A DNA stretch of 63,748 bases, the filler included, from Bigelowiella natans CCMP2755 (lineage: Eukaryota; Protista; Cercozoa): NCBI GenBank assembly GCA_000320545.1. It is 5 parts of 5 records of this genome, joined end to end, with 100 filler letters (N's around TTAATTAATTAA, not from the genome) between each part and the next. Parts side by side here need not be neighbours in the genome. Positions count along the whole stretch, not along the records: positions 1 to 18,937 come from ADNK01000626.1; 4 more parts are not named here. One strand, given 5' to 3'. The notes under the pieces were generated by a model. The model saw only the letters and a list, made by a program, of their open reading frames with translations, searched no databases and was not told the DNA's origin. Positions 1 through 12,735 of the stretch are shown here, piece after piece (the first letter of the stretch is position 1; every line of letters begins with the position of its first letter). The position numbers were made by a program, and so were the translations under genes.

Positions 1-227
1 AAAGAACAATTGCATTAGTACACATCGCCGGCTCTCCTCGAATATGTGTCTCTTCCCGTACTATGGAACTAGGCGAGCAGAGTGTGTTAGGTACCCGCAC
101 ACACACACACACACACACATAGACATATAATTGGCTCGATCCTGCCTGTGGCCACAACGTGAATGTGAGTTGGCGGGCGTGTGTGTGTGTCAGCTGCAGA
201 ATGTTCTCTAATTCATAGATAAAAACA

Positions 228-292
228 CCAAGATCTGTCACGACAAGCTGTGCCCCTTTAGCATCGCTCCTTGAGAAAGACAACAGCAAGAC

Positions 293-333
<41 letters not shown>

Positions 334-1111
334 GTCCTTCATAAAGTGAAGATATGAAGAATTAAAAAACGAATGTAGACGACGACGACGATGCTTTTAA
401 ACTTGGTGTTGCAACCAACCTATATACTAGGTTTTGTGGTTTTAAGTCCCGATGAATGATTCCCATGCCATGAAGATAGTCTGCGGTATTACGATAATGT
501 GTGTATGTATGTAAGTATACGTACTACAACAACTACTATTCATAGGATGATGGATTGCGTAATGCTGAAAGTACAAAATAATGACGATTACATTTGAAGA
601 CTGTAGAACTGTGAGAAAAGAAAGGAAAAAGTACTACCGCTAGATATTATAAAAAACGATAATAATACCTAAAACTCCGGCAACACTGCGGATGACATCT
701 GCAGCATCTTGATCTGTATGGAGGATTAATGGCGCAGCGTGATGGATACTACTACTTTCCCCAATTCACAACCAATGTGAAGGTCGTTTATGTTGTTCGG
801 AATATCAACGTTTACGCGCCCAATTACTTACCAGACAATACGATTATTTCTCACTGTGGTCTACAAGTTGAATAATACTGCTATTACTACTACCTGAAAA
901 AGTGTGGTCGTCTGCAACCCTTTCCAGAAGATCCCCCCCCTGTTACATCATTTGTGTCAGAGGATTTACTTTTTGATTGTAACCTCCTCTTGTAAACAGA
1001 TGTGTAGCTGACCTGAAGCAATTCCAACACTAGATAGCACATTTTATGAGTCTGGAATACTTCCACAAGCCTAATGAGGGTTGATGCCATCGATTTTGTA
1101 GAAGTAGAAGA

Positions 1112-1143
<32 letters not shown>

Positions 1144-1669
1144 ATGAAAGAAGAACACATTTTAGTAGATAGCAGGTAGTTAGTTTTCTCTTTTGCAGCA
1201 GATGCATACCTGCAGATATTTGTGTGACTGACTGCAGTTAATATTTCAATTTCTGACTCAAGCCATCTATGGTCTTTTTCTTTCAGCTGTTGTTATTTCA
1301 AAAAGTCAAACATTATTCTGCTCCTGAGATGCTCCCCACCCATCCATCCACCCGTCCATCCATCCACATTTTACTTTGTTTTTGTCGATGCATTTCACAC
1401 CCATCCATCCACCCATCCATCCATCCACATTTTACTTTGTTTTTGTTGATGCATTTCAGGGCCAAATTTTCCCCAGTCTTTTTGTCTATGCATCTTTTCA
1501 CGATGCTGAAGTGTCCGCGACCAATCACTTCCTGAATTCACATGAGGACTGTGATAACTAATCAATGTCATCACTCATTCAAAAAACCTGTCCAGTGGGA
1601 AAACACTGACATGAAATTGCCAACCTTTATTTTGTACTTCTGGTGTAGAGCACTTTTGCCTGCCCCCAT
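228..1669 (-). CDS. Ser/Thr protein kinase, CaMK-like; multi-exon; 3' part unresolved or off the window edge
   Basis: Spliced exons read [15 protein letters not shown]|[14 protein letters not shown]...LALKCI|...[17 protein letters not shown]|[18 protein letters not shown]...|[20 protein letters not shown]|[14 protein letters not shown]. These give the glycine loop, AxK, alphaC Glu and HRDLKPxN motifs. Confidence 0.92.
1337..1457. repeat. 61-bp tandem duplication spanning a kinase exon/intron donor
   Basis: Two near-identical copies of acccatccatccaccc(g/a)tccatccatccacattttactttgtttttgt(c/t)gatgcatttca. Confidence 0.9.
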
Positions 1670-1913
1670 GATGAAATGGGTTTGTGGCAATTCTTGATAA
1701 TTGCTTTGCCCTTAGCCTAAACCTGTTGCACTGTCTGATGTGTTTGTGGAAAAGCGTCGCCCCCTCTGGGCGTGATAGCTGTTCTGCTCTCTTGCTCCCT
1801 CTCTCTCTTTCAATTGTGGTATTGCGACAATGATCATCGATAAAACTTGAATTAAATGCCCTGTATTTTGCACTATGATGCTAATGACTACAGAGAAATC
1901 AGAAACCGAAAAA

Positions 1914-1955
1914 CACCGGGACTCCGGTATAAATCACCGGGACTCCGGTATGAAT
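1914..1955. repeat. 2 x 21-bp tandem repeat with an internal palindrome, in a divergent promoter
   Basis: caccgggactccggtat(a/g)aat twice; each unit contains ACCGG-N4-CCGGT. Confidence 0.85.
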
Positions 1956-2086
1956 CCTGGTGGTTTTTTTGTAAAATTATAAATTTAAATTTCAAACACA
2001 CGGTTCTCCCGAGGATCAGCTCTCCGCCTGCCCCCCCGCTCGCTCTTGTATCGAAGGTATATATCATTACTAACTATCCTTCCCGA

Positions 2087-4123
2087 ATGGACGTCGCGTG
2101 GTAAACATTGGAACACGTGTGAGCAACCTGCATCTGGAAACCTGGCGATAGGTTTAGTTGCTATGATATCTTTCCTGGTCTTCGCGCTGACTGCCCAAGG
2201 AACACAGGGCTTCAACCGCAAAGGAGCAAACTCGTTGCAAGGTTTAATCAAATCAGAACCATTGTGTATCTGAGTAATAATGTGAGCATCATTCTCTGTA
2301 AAAGATATACTTCTTGATCTTTCCAACAGGGAGAGAGAATTCAACTTCTAGGACATTTGGAAGAGACTGGTACTTCGAGGAGGGTGACGTAGTGGAGGAC
2401 TTAAAAAGAGAGTGTGTGGACATTGAGGGGTTTTGTGAGATGAAAGTAACTGCTACACTCGATAGAGCATCTCCTGATATGGAACAACCGGACCCACTAA
2501 AGGTTGCTGCCTATAAGTACGACGGCTTGTTCTTCATGTTTATGAGTGTATACGTCTTAAGCGCAAATTCTTTGTGTACACGAAGGTCGAAGTACATAGC
2601 CATGCTTTATTTCATTTATCTATGAATTTCTCAATTTTGTCAGCCTGAAGACATTGCTTATTGAATCCCCTCCTCCTCTATTTTGCAATGTTTTCAAGTT
2701 CGGTTTCGCATGGGTGGAGTCAAAGGGAGAGATTGTCGGAACTTGGAAGGTGCTGCGATGGGCGAGGAGAGAGTCTCTCTTCCCTCTTTATTCATAGCAA
2801 TCGTACAACTTTTGGTAGTATATATCACGGAATGGGAGTGATAAAGGAAGGGGAAAGAGGTTGGGTAATTGGTAGAGGATTTCGAGTATGAATAAACGCT
2901 ATCACGAAACTTATCACTATATCCCTACCCTATATTCCTTCTACCGCGTTTGCTATCTTGCGAAGCCTCGTCCGTTTATATTTATAGGAAATTCTTTCAA
3001 GTACATCGCGTCAGATTCGATCAAAAGCTTGGACAAGCTGTTTACACAGTCGTGGCAAAAGTGGAAAAGTAGATCTAAGCTAGTCGTACATGTGAATGGT
3101 CGTCCCCACACTGAGGCGTGTTATATATGTTCGGAACCACGATGAAAGAATTTTTCCTCCTTGATGTACTGCGTTGCGTATAATCTCTGTTTTGGTAAAT
3201 TCAAAATGGACTCAGACCTCTATTATGTGGTTCACCTTTAGCTATGATCTGGAATGATTTTGCGCCTCCAAAGCTTGTGAATGACAGTACGGTCGTACAG
3301 TTGGCGTACAAAGATTTGGCAGATCAGTACGATATTGCTAGCCATGATAGGTCAAAGAACAAACTCAACAAGATGAAGGTTAAGTACTACAGGGAAATGG
3401 TATGCTTCTCACCTCTCCATTATGTTATCTCTTTATGTCTCTTGTTCTCTTTCTATTGTAGAAATGTGCGTACTATTCAATTTTCTCATGTGGGCAAAGC
3501 TCAACTTATAACTGTCTGTTGTGTCAACCATTATCATCTTACGTGAAAATCTAGTGGACATTTTTTACGTTAATCTACTTTCCACTCACCTCCTATATGG
3601 GTATATGCACACAGAGCGAGTCGAACAAGGAAAAGTATTGCGCGGAAGACATCCTCATGTGCCCGAATGCCTTACAACTCAAGAAAGTAATACGATAGCT
3701 ACTCTTAAGATGATTTGAAAAAAATACTAGCATATGCTGACGGCTCTCTAGATTACAACGTTTGGAGTACAGTACGGAGAGAAAAGAGAGAGAAGACAGC
3801 TAATGAATTCGTGAATGCGACACAAGCTAGTCTCTCTATTTCCCCCTTTGATCCCATTTCCCAACTAGGATTTTCTGCTTGGAGTCATTTCTGTGTTATG
3901 CTCCACAGAATGCTAAACTACGTTTCTACACTAAATCCTTTCCAATGTGAAATTTAAAAGTTTTCCTTTATATTTTCAACACGCCAACTAGATGATGACC
4001 CCGATCCACAATACCATGGGCAAGAAAATCTATCGCAACTTCGGCCAAGAAGCTCTTAACACACTAAATGTCGTCTTGACTCTCGAAAGATGGTACTCGA
4101 ATTTCGCAGGCAAGAAGCAGTAA
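2087..4123 (+). CDS. Hypothetical multi-exon protein, possibly with an N-terminal membrane anchor; 3' end may extend to 5372
   Basis: GT-AG bounded open blocks: TFGRDWYFEEGDVVEDLKREC...; YIASDSIKSLDKLFTQSWQKW; IWNDFAPPKLVND...; MTPIHNTMGKKIYRNFGQEAL...FAGKKQ. Hydrophobic stretch LAIGLVAMISFLVFALTA. No family recognised. Confidence 0.55.
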
Positions 4124-4348
4124 ACTTGTAGGCGTTGGGAGACAACAGATATATGTTCAGTTGGTGTCTTTTCAATGAGAGGACAAAATGCCTCTCCCAC
4201 TCTGCCAATAGACATCATCGTATATGATGTGATTACATCTTTTCAATGTGATATCATGTTTTCTATATTAAATTTCATACATGAAATATAAATATATCTC
4301 ATTACTTGTGTGTATTAATCGTATATATAGTATATTGCTTTATATAAA

Positions 4349-4390
<42 letters not shown>

Positions 4391-4392
<2 letters not shown>

Positions 4393-4452
4393 ACGGATGT
4401 AATGAAGTGATTAATATTACATCTTTCAATATAGTCATTCTAATGTAGCCGC
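4391..4452 (+). repeat. Copy of dispersed ~60-bp intergenic repeat (AGACGGATG...CATyCTAATGTAGC)
   Basis: Matches copies at 16923-17133 and 46325-46390; flanked by (TA)n tracts. Confidence 0.75.
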
Positions 4453-4469
4453 TGTTTTATGTAGCTACG

Positions 4470-4516
<47 letters not shown>

Positions 4517-5473
4517 CATATAAGTTGTGTCCATCATTGGTATTGGCTATGGTCTACACGATTCTGATCATTCTTCGCACTTTTCATCTTCTTTGTCATG
4601 AGCATGTATGTCTGTGTTGTCGACTAGAATGAATGGCACTCGCTCATGTGATGTGGCCTTGCATAGACTTCAATGTCGTCTCTGTTCCTTTGCGTGCATG
4701 CAATGCGCGGTTTGATTTTGGGACAATCCCATTTGTGTGACAACAGCAACTCATCGGACAGATCATGCGTTCGTCAGGCGCATGGGCAATGTGCGCGTGC
4801 TGCATGAGCATCGACGACAGGGCTACAGATGCTTTTAAATGCACATCAGCTGAACGCATGCAATGGAGGAGATGATTGACGCAGCCTGCTGAGCTAGGCA
4901 AACGCTGTGGCCGCTGCTTTGCAGCCCAGATTGCAATGAGCAACACTCATTGAGATGGTTCTGTGCAGCCCTTTCAGGCTGCATGATTGTCACAGCGCAC
5001 ACACACGTGCGGGCATGTGTGGTACTGTTCACATGTTCTTCATTGCACATGTGACCCATCATGCATGTGTTTTTGCCCACACGCATACCGCAACACACAC
5101 AAATTTGACCACACATGTCTTGGAGAACACATGTGTTTTTGACCCGGTGCGCTCCATAGCCCTTTTACGCCCATGGCCCCGGGGCTATGGGAGTTGGCAC
5201 AGAATGACTCATTTTGGCGGCTCATTCGAAGTGCTAGAGTACTACGAGCGAGCACGCTTTTTCATGTAGTCAGCTCTTTTACATCGACTCTTGGGAACTA
5301 ACACGGGGCAATGAAGACCCTCAGATTCCCATTCATTGGGACCGTCGGATAGATTTGACACTGAATCTATGATCAAAGCGTGCTTATTTCTTGTAATCTA
5401 ATGCACATCACAAATTCGCATTATGCTTTGCCAATGCATTTTGTTACTAAATATGTGTTCGATTCTGCAATGC

Positions 5474-7459
5474 TTAGTCCTTTATGCTTGTTGCAACGTT
5501 CCTGTCTTTAAACCTTTCGTTGAGATCGAAACTGTCAATGATCTGCGGGATGTTTAAGGCAGCCCTTGCCTACACGAACATACAATTAAACTATGATAAA
5601 ATAATAGAATCCTTCCTCATACAATTTCAGCCAGTTTAGAATGGAAAATAAATGGATCAATAGGTTAATTATCAACAGTTCAATTGCTGTTGCTGACCTC
5701 TTTCATGATGAAAAAGCTACCGCATATGATAATAACTTCACGTCGCTAATTTTTAGATACACATAAAATTAGATTAATCTTTATGTTGTGTATTTAATGA
5801 AGGTTGTTACTCATTGTCACTAGTGACTACATTGTTGAAATGATCGCCCTGAGGAGATGTAGCGGTGACACTCTTGAGCGTCTGGGTCACATCTCCATCT
5901 TCGATAACTGCTGCTTTTCCTTGCATGTTCTTTTCTAGTGCATATGACAGTAAGTCCGAAGCCGCTCTTGCCTAGATAGAATTCCGTATTATTACTGAGA
6001 CTTTATTGTCAATTACCAAAACATGATCTTTACTATGCTGCTACTATCTAACTAGGCCTATAATAACCAATGCAATCAATGCGAATTCATCTACAGATGG
6101 AAAATTTGACTAAAAAATCTCGGTACCCGCTCTGATGTGGCGTTGACAAAGAAAACACGATCTGTTGCCTTGAGAATATGTTTGATACAGCTATTAACAT
6201 CCTTCGTCGAGGAGAGGCCCATCACAGTCGTGACATGGTAGTAGGACGACGAGGAGGAAGAACAATCTGGATAAAACAATATATCAAGAGCAAAATCGGA
6301 GAAAACCAAATGACTGCAGGAAATAGAAAAGGAGGAGGAGTGGAGGCTTCCAGCATGCACAACTTTATAGTTCAACCAAATTGTGACACATTACCATGAC
6401 ATTATAACCATCATCATCATCATCAACATCATCACCGTCAATACCGTGCGAAAGAGAGCCAGTAGCACGTGGATATTTTTTTTTCACTTTTGCGAACAAC
6501 TTTCGAAATGCGTCCTTATGAGAGGTACAAAAGATCAGTATACGCTCATAATAGAAAATTAATAACACAATAACTATACTTCATTAACACGTTGGGTGAT
6601 GATAGGAGTCTGCTATCCATCTATCACTCCTACTATTTATTCATTTTAGCAGAGGAAAGAAAAAGAAAGAATGCTGACTAACCTCATTGTGCGCAACGTC
6701 TAGCACAACCTCAACTTTATTGTTACCGCTTCTGTTTTCACCGCTGTATACGTATTGCCAACATTACCACCATCACCGTCTTATTCTTCGATCTTAAAAT
6801 GTAGATATTTGATCTCACCAAATTGGTTCTTCTTGTCCACGATAGTGCCGATGATCATGATTTGAGCTATTATTACTGAGTTGGTCATTATTTTCTACTA
6901 CTACTGAGCTGTTGTTCTCCATTGTCGTCATATCTACGCATTTCATCTCTTTTCGTAAATAAACAAATTGCTGAAACCGACACGGTGGTAAAGACCATAA
7001 TGCTCTTTCAACTTTCTTCTCATCGATTTCGGGGAACTTCTGCTCATTATGGATAGACGACGATAAACGGAAAATGTAAAAGCGATAAGAAAAGTAAAAC
7101 ATTCGTCGTGAGAATGGAGAGTGCCAAGCCAATACACTTGAATGCATATAACGTATGTGGTAGCATTGCATTGATACTACTATTCAACTGAATACATGGT
7201 AACAGCAAGGACATACTTAAAGAAATGAATTACCTGTCTTAATGCCATCAGTGCAATGTCGTAATTCTCAGCATTGTAGTCACACTCCTTATCGCCATTA
7301 TCGTCGTCGTTAACAGGGTTGTTGACAGTAGCAGCATGTTCGTAACATTTGAGATCATCATTGCCGACCATAACTCTTGGAGGTACTTCTACATAGCACG
7401 ACTCTCTACTAATTATTAGATAGAATTTATAGGTGAAATGAATCATGAGGTAGTAGTTA

Positions 7460-7491
<32 letters not shown>

Positions 7492-7894
7492 ATAGTATAC
7501 ACATCCTTCTCTCCATTATTAAATAATTGCGTGTTCTCTATCATCAATGTTTCATAAATTACTTCACACTGATCGGTATTTATATGACTTACACGTTTCT
7601 CCTCCTCTCATCTCTCCCTTCCCTCTCTCTCTAAATATTTTTATATATATACCTGTTCTGTCGGCCATGACGAGCTGCTATTTCTTTGAGAACGTGATGA
7701 GGACAGTTCGGACCGGTCACTATGGGGGTTCCATTTTTTATAATTCCTCCCTTTTCTTGTGCAATCTCTTCTATCGTGTCGCCTAGGATTTGCGTGTGAT
7801 CTAAAGAGATGCTAGTGATCACGGAAACATCGGGACTCAAGACATTCGTTGAATCTAATCGGCCACCTAATCCAACCTACGATGGGAATGACGG

Positions 7895-7947
<53 letters not shown>

Positions 7948-8504
7948 GGGAGAGAGAGAGAGCAATAATGATATATTAAGATAACATAATTTCAAAATTG
8001 AACTTCTTTTTACCTCCTTTAGTTTCTACTACCTCGTAAACCGCAAAATCAACTTGCTTCATGTTGAAGTATCCCATTGAGAGTATGGTTGTCAACTCCT
8101 GACAACAATAACAAAGATGAGCCGGAGATATCATATCGTTATTTCTTTTTATTTGCTTGGCCATCATCATCATCATCATCATCATACATAAATTACTAGT
8201 CGCCAGTGAATGATCAATTTTGATCGTATCTGTTCGTATATCGTTTACACTAGTTTCATGGTGAAATATGTCTTGATGAAAGTAATTGTTCTCATTATCA
8301 AAATGCGCGAATTCTGCTAGAATTGCTTTATGCAATTATCAGAATGTATAATCTATTAGTTTACTACATCTCGTAGTATTCTTACAAAGAATGTGGCAGG
8401 AATGTCATTCTCTGCGCATGTTTCAATAACTGGAGGCAGGAGCATCTCAATCTATCATAGATAGTGAGAAGAATAAGGTGAGTGAAGATGGTAGGATGTG
8501 GTAA

Positions 8505-8538
<34 letters not shown>

Positions 8539-9463
8539 GGGAGGAGGAGGAGGAGGAGGAGGAGGAGGAGGAGCAGGAGAAGAAAAGAGTGAATTTGTAA
8601 GAATAATAACATAAGCAAATAATCCCATGGCTAGGTAATAATAGTTTTAGCTACTGCTACTACATCTTTCTCGGTTATAGCTTCTCCATTGACACTGATT
8701 CGTTCACGAAATGATGAAATATGAGGTGATGAAAAGAGCCCAACCTAACATTAGGAAAAAAATGTGTGTGGCAAAGACAAAGAAGCAAATATCTGACGAA
8801 GTAGGAGCTGTAATGGGATAGAAGAAACGACGTAGTAGAAAAAATGAATGAATTCAGATCATCAGTAAATGGAGAGCAAGAGCCCCCCAAAAGAGGTCAG
8901 TACGGAGCTTCATCATCTACAGTATTGTCCTTGATGTATTGCCGTTTGTCTGTCTGTATGCTATGTGCCCCCCCCCTCCCACTTTTGGGTCGTCCTTCAC
9001 GAATAATCAGTAGTACTACCCTCAAGCCAACGGACTCCATCGCCTTGGCCAACTTCCAACACACAGAACCCTTTCCGTTTGTTCCCGCAACATGGAAGGA
9101 CCCAAAATCCCTATCTGTGTACCTGAACCCTAATGAGTGTGAAGATCATAGTGATGATGGTGACAGATGATACTTCTACTTTTACAATTAACAACCTAAT
9201 AAGCGCTGCATGTCCTTCATGTTTTGGAGACCAAGTTTGACCTGTCACCAAATAAGAATTACTGGAGAGAAGGACGTCAATAAAGAATATCATGGCATTT
9301 TACCCTCAATACTACTATTACTACTACTACTACTACTGCTGCTACTACTACTACTACCAACAACTATTAATTGACTGGATGCAGCAATTACCTGTCTGCC
9401 TCTGTTTACATGCAATAACCAGTCAAGAAGATGCTCATACTTCGAGCTCAAAGGGCGCATCAT
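5474..9463 (-). CDS. folC: Folylpolyglutamate synthase / dihydrofolate synthase (FolC family), multi-exon
   Basis: Exons encode [99 protein letters not shown], and [15 protein letters not shown]...FDLNE...KD*. Confidence 0.95.
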
Positions 9464-10155
9464 GGGTTATTTATGGTCGGCGTTTCCAGGATTCAAGACC
9501 GAAGACCTACAGAGTTTGTTGAAGAAATTCCTAATCATTCCAACGAGGGTGTCGGTTCATCGAATTCATTTGTACACGTTTATTATCGATCAACTACAAC
9601 TATCGGCAGCGCATTACTTCGTCCAATTCGCTGCTATATGGTTGATCTGTTCTAGAAGGGTAGGATTCTGGGCATCTACTCCACTAGTCGTGATGAATGA
9701 ATGAAGGGTGGGCTGCCACACTGCTGTGTTCGTTCCACAGTCGTAACAATGGTTGCTTGTCAGCAGCGCCTGTCCCTGGTCGTTGTTGCGGAAGTAATAA
9801 TATGTTGTTGTAAAAATTGTTGTTAGAAGTCTACAAGAAGTCTCTTTGATTACTCGATATTATAGGCATAGATTTGTGTCTAATGTAAGCTATAATATTT
9901 TGTTCATAATATTAGATATTTTACGCATATATTTCTGCCTTATTATTATTAGCACGTAGGGACTGATATCTACGAGCGTCCGTAGTAGTGTATGCATGCA
10001 GCAAGGGGGTGGGCAATGAAGTAGTGAGTGGTGAGGATCTACCAATGATCATTACAATGATGACAATAACAACAAAGATGATGGTGATGATAATGACGAT
10101 GAACAAGATTATGGGGAAATGTGGTGTCGGAGATGGGACTATCCATCCTACTTAG

Positions 10156-10241
10156 ACAATCATTTTCAATTGCATAAAATGACAGCTGCGGTCAAAACAC
10201 AATCATTTTCAATTACATAAAATGACAGCTGCAGTCAAAAC
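10156..10241. repeat. 2 x 43-bp tandem repeat in the folC/YqeH divergent promoter
   Basis: acaatcattttcaatt(g/a)cataaaatgacagctgc(g/a)gtcaaaac twice. Confidence 0.9.
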
Positions 10242-10410
10242 GGGGGGCTGGATATTCAATGATACGGCGTAGAAGGCTGCTATCGTTTCTTCCTTCAAGC
10301 TCGAGTAATAGTCACCTCGTTACAGTAGGTTGTGGTTGAGATGATGGATGATAGCTGTTCAGTATGATGAAAATCGCGCATTCTCCGCATTTCAGTCGTG
10401 TCAAAAATGA

Positions 10411-11739
10411 ATGTTTTCAATCTTGATGTTTATGGCACTATTATTTCCACCACTTTTGCTGTTTGCTGCCGTTAATAACTTTTCACCTCAATAACCAGGA
10501 TGGTGGCGCACAGTGGGTAGTAATTTTGATCATGGCCAATACTTTAGCAGCATCAACTATCATCGGTCTGCAGCAGATGAAACGATGGGAATACTACAAC
10601 AGCGTACAGCTTCCTCGTATGCCAAGCAAGGAAGAAAATTATCAAATATTGTTGATGTAGCATCAGCAGCAGAATCAGAAGGCGCACGCAGCAGCACAGA
10701 CACACCGGTCCCTCATTCAGAGAAGCAAGTGATGATGGCAGCAGCAGCAGAAAAGGTAGTCATAATCCAATGGTATTATTTCATCGTCTAGATGGTAATT
10801 TAATGATAAATTTAGAAGATGAGTCAGTTGGTGTGTGTGTGTATTTGTGTGTGTGCAGCAGCCAAAAGGGATCATGAAGTGCGACGGATGTGGAATTGGC
10901 CTGCAATACACTCATCAAGAGCAAGTTGGCTATATTCCCCACCATGTGCACCAACAGGTAATAATACTGCAACTTTTGCATCTACTGCAGCTGCTACTAC
11001 TACTACTACTACCAACAACTTAAGGAGCTGATGCTACTTCTTCTTTATCACTGAAACTCCTCTTACATACAAACTTACCGAACCAACGACTTACGCCATC
11101 ATCCATTGAAAGGCTTTGAAAATGCGACGCATGCAGAGCAATGAAGAAAAAGAAGAGATATATTTAAGGAAACAGGTACAATCAAGTAAGCACGTTGTTT
11201 CATTCACCGTTTTGAAATTGAGATGATGCTACTGCTGCTGCTGCTGCTACCACATCATAATCAAAAGTGATTACAGATCAAATCTTTCTTTCTTTGGTAT
11301 GCTACACATCGAGATATTGTCTACAATTCCACGTGCAACATACATAAAAAATGCCCCTCCCCCCCCCCCCTCCCCCCTTGCTACTTTCTATCAGCGCCGA
11401 GAGATTGAGTTGGAGATTTCATTTATCCAAAATAAGATCAAAACCAAGAAAATGTCATCATCAGCAACCAAAAGAGCACAAATAGAGTCATTCGAGACGG
11501 TATGATGATAATATTGATGATGAATTGCGAGCTCCTAGATGCAACAATAGTAAAGTTCTAACGTGTGTCTGTCTATGATATGCCTCCTTCCTTCCTCACT
11601 TCCTTCACCATCACAGACATTGGAGAAACGAATCTCTACACTCGAAACAATTGATCGAAAAATACAAGCAGCAGTCAATGCCAATAGTAGATCAGTGCTG
11701 CCAAATATTGAGCATATTACCTCTGCTGCTGAACTAAGG

Positions 11740-11771
<32 letters not shown>

Positions 11772-12199
11772 GTCTATAGAGATTATGTGCTGTTGATGGG
11801 TAACGATCAATCTTCATCATTATCACCATCATCTTATATGGCCATATGCTTTCCCCCCTCCCCATTTCTTTTCTCTGATTATTATTCTTTGTTTCCTTGA
11901 TGAGGAGGAACATTAGGGTTAGTTGTCATATATTTATCATTTTGCACAGACAAACAATCTCAGATGCTCGCAAAAGTCGTCGTAGAAGCACTCTGCTATG
12001 TACAAGATGCCATAAATTATCACATCATGGTATATCAAGAGGAAGTGTTGATGTTGTAGAAGATTGGCAGTTTGAAGCCATCATCAAGCAGAGGTAGCTT
12101 AATAGTAGCATTACTATTATTATAGCCCATACCATCCATCATCCATCATCACCAAGTAGTAATTATTGCATGTATGCATGTAGCAGCACATATTTACTT

Positions 12200-12230
<31 letters not shown>

Positions 12231-12368
12231 AACTACATGTAAGAACGAAGAAAAGAATACGAAATTAAAAAATAGATACTAGTCATTCATTTTGCTGTTG
12301 TCATCGTTATCTATATCAATAAATGCACCACTTTTTTTACTTGTAGTTGTCCTTCATACATACCGCAG

Positions 12369-12409
<41 letters not shown>

Positions 12410-12688
12410 TTGTTGTGCTATGAGTAGTATTCTCCTGTCTGATTCTTCTAAAAATAAATAATAATAATAACAATATCACAGGTTAAATCCTGTCAATAAG
12501 GACTACATTAGTAGCAAGAAAGTTTTAGAAGAAGAAGAAGAAGAAGAAGATCAGGAAGAAGCACGAGTCAACTTCAAGCAAGAAGAAAATGAAGAAGAAC
12601 AACATCAAGGAATCAAGCCCCGTCCTAGCGTAGTAGTGAAAATGGTAGATATTTTTGACGTCCAAGGAACAATTCTTAAAGGTGTGTT

Positions 12689-12735
<47 letters not shown>

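Noticed and set aside
4621-5160. CpG-methylation decay or fungal RIP as the cause of the CA/TG excess
   Set aside because: CpG is abundant and TpA is scarce, the opposite of both signatures. Not formally excluded without polarised alignments.
8382-8618. Many ORF-track entries with poly-L/I/M/K/CV/YI/RE runs
   Set aside because: They are translations of intronic microsatellites or antisense frames.
9464-10494. Reassigned genetic code (TAA as a sense codon)
   Set aside because: The conserved exons I translated have no internal TAA/TAG, and folC, YqeH, the methyltransferase and the OPR gene end in TAA.
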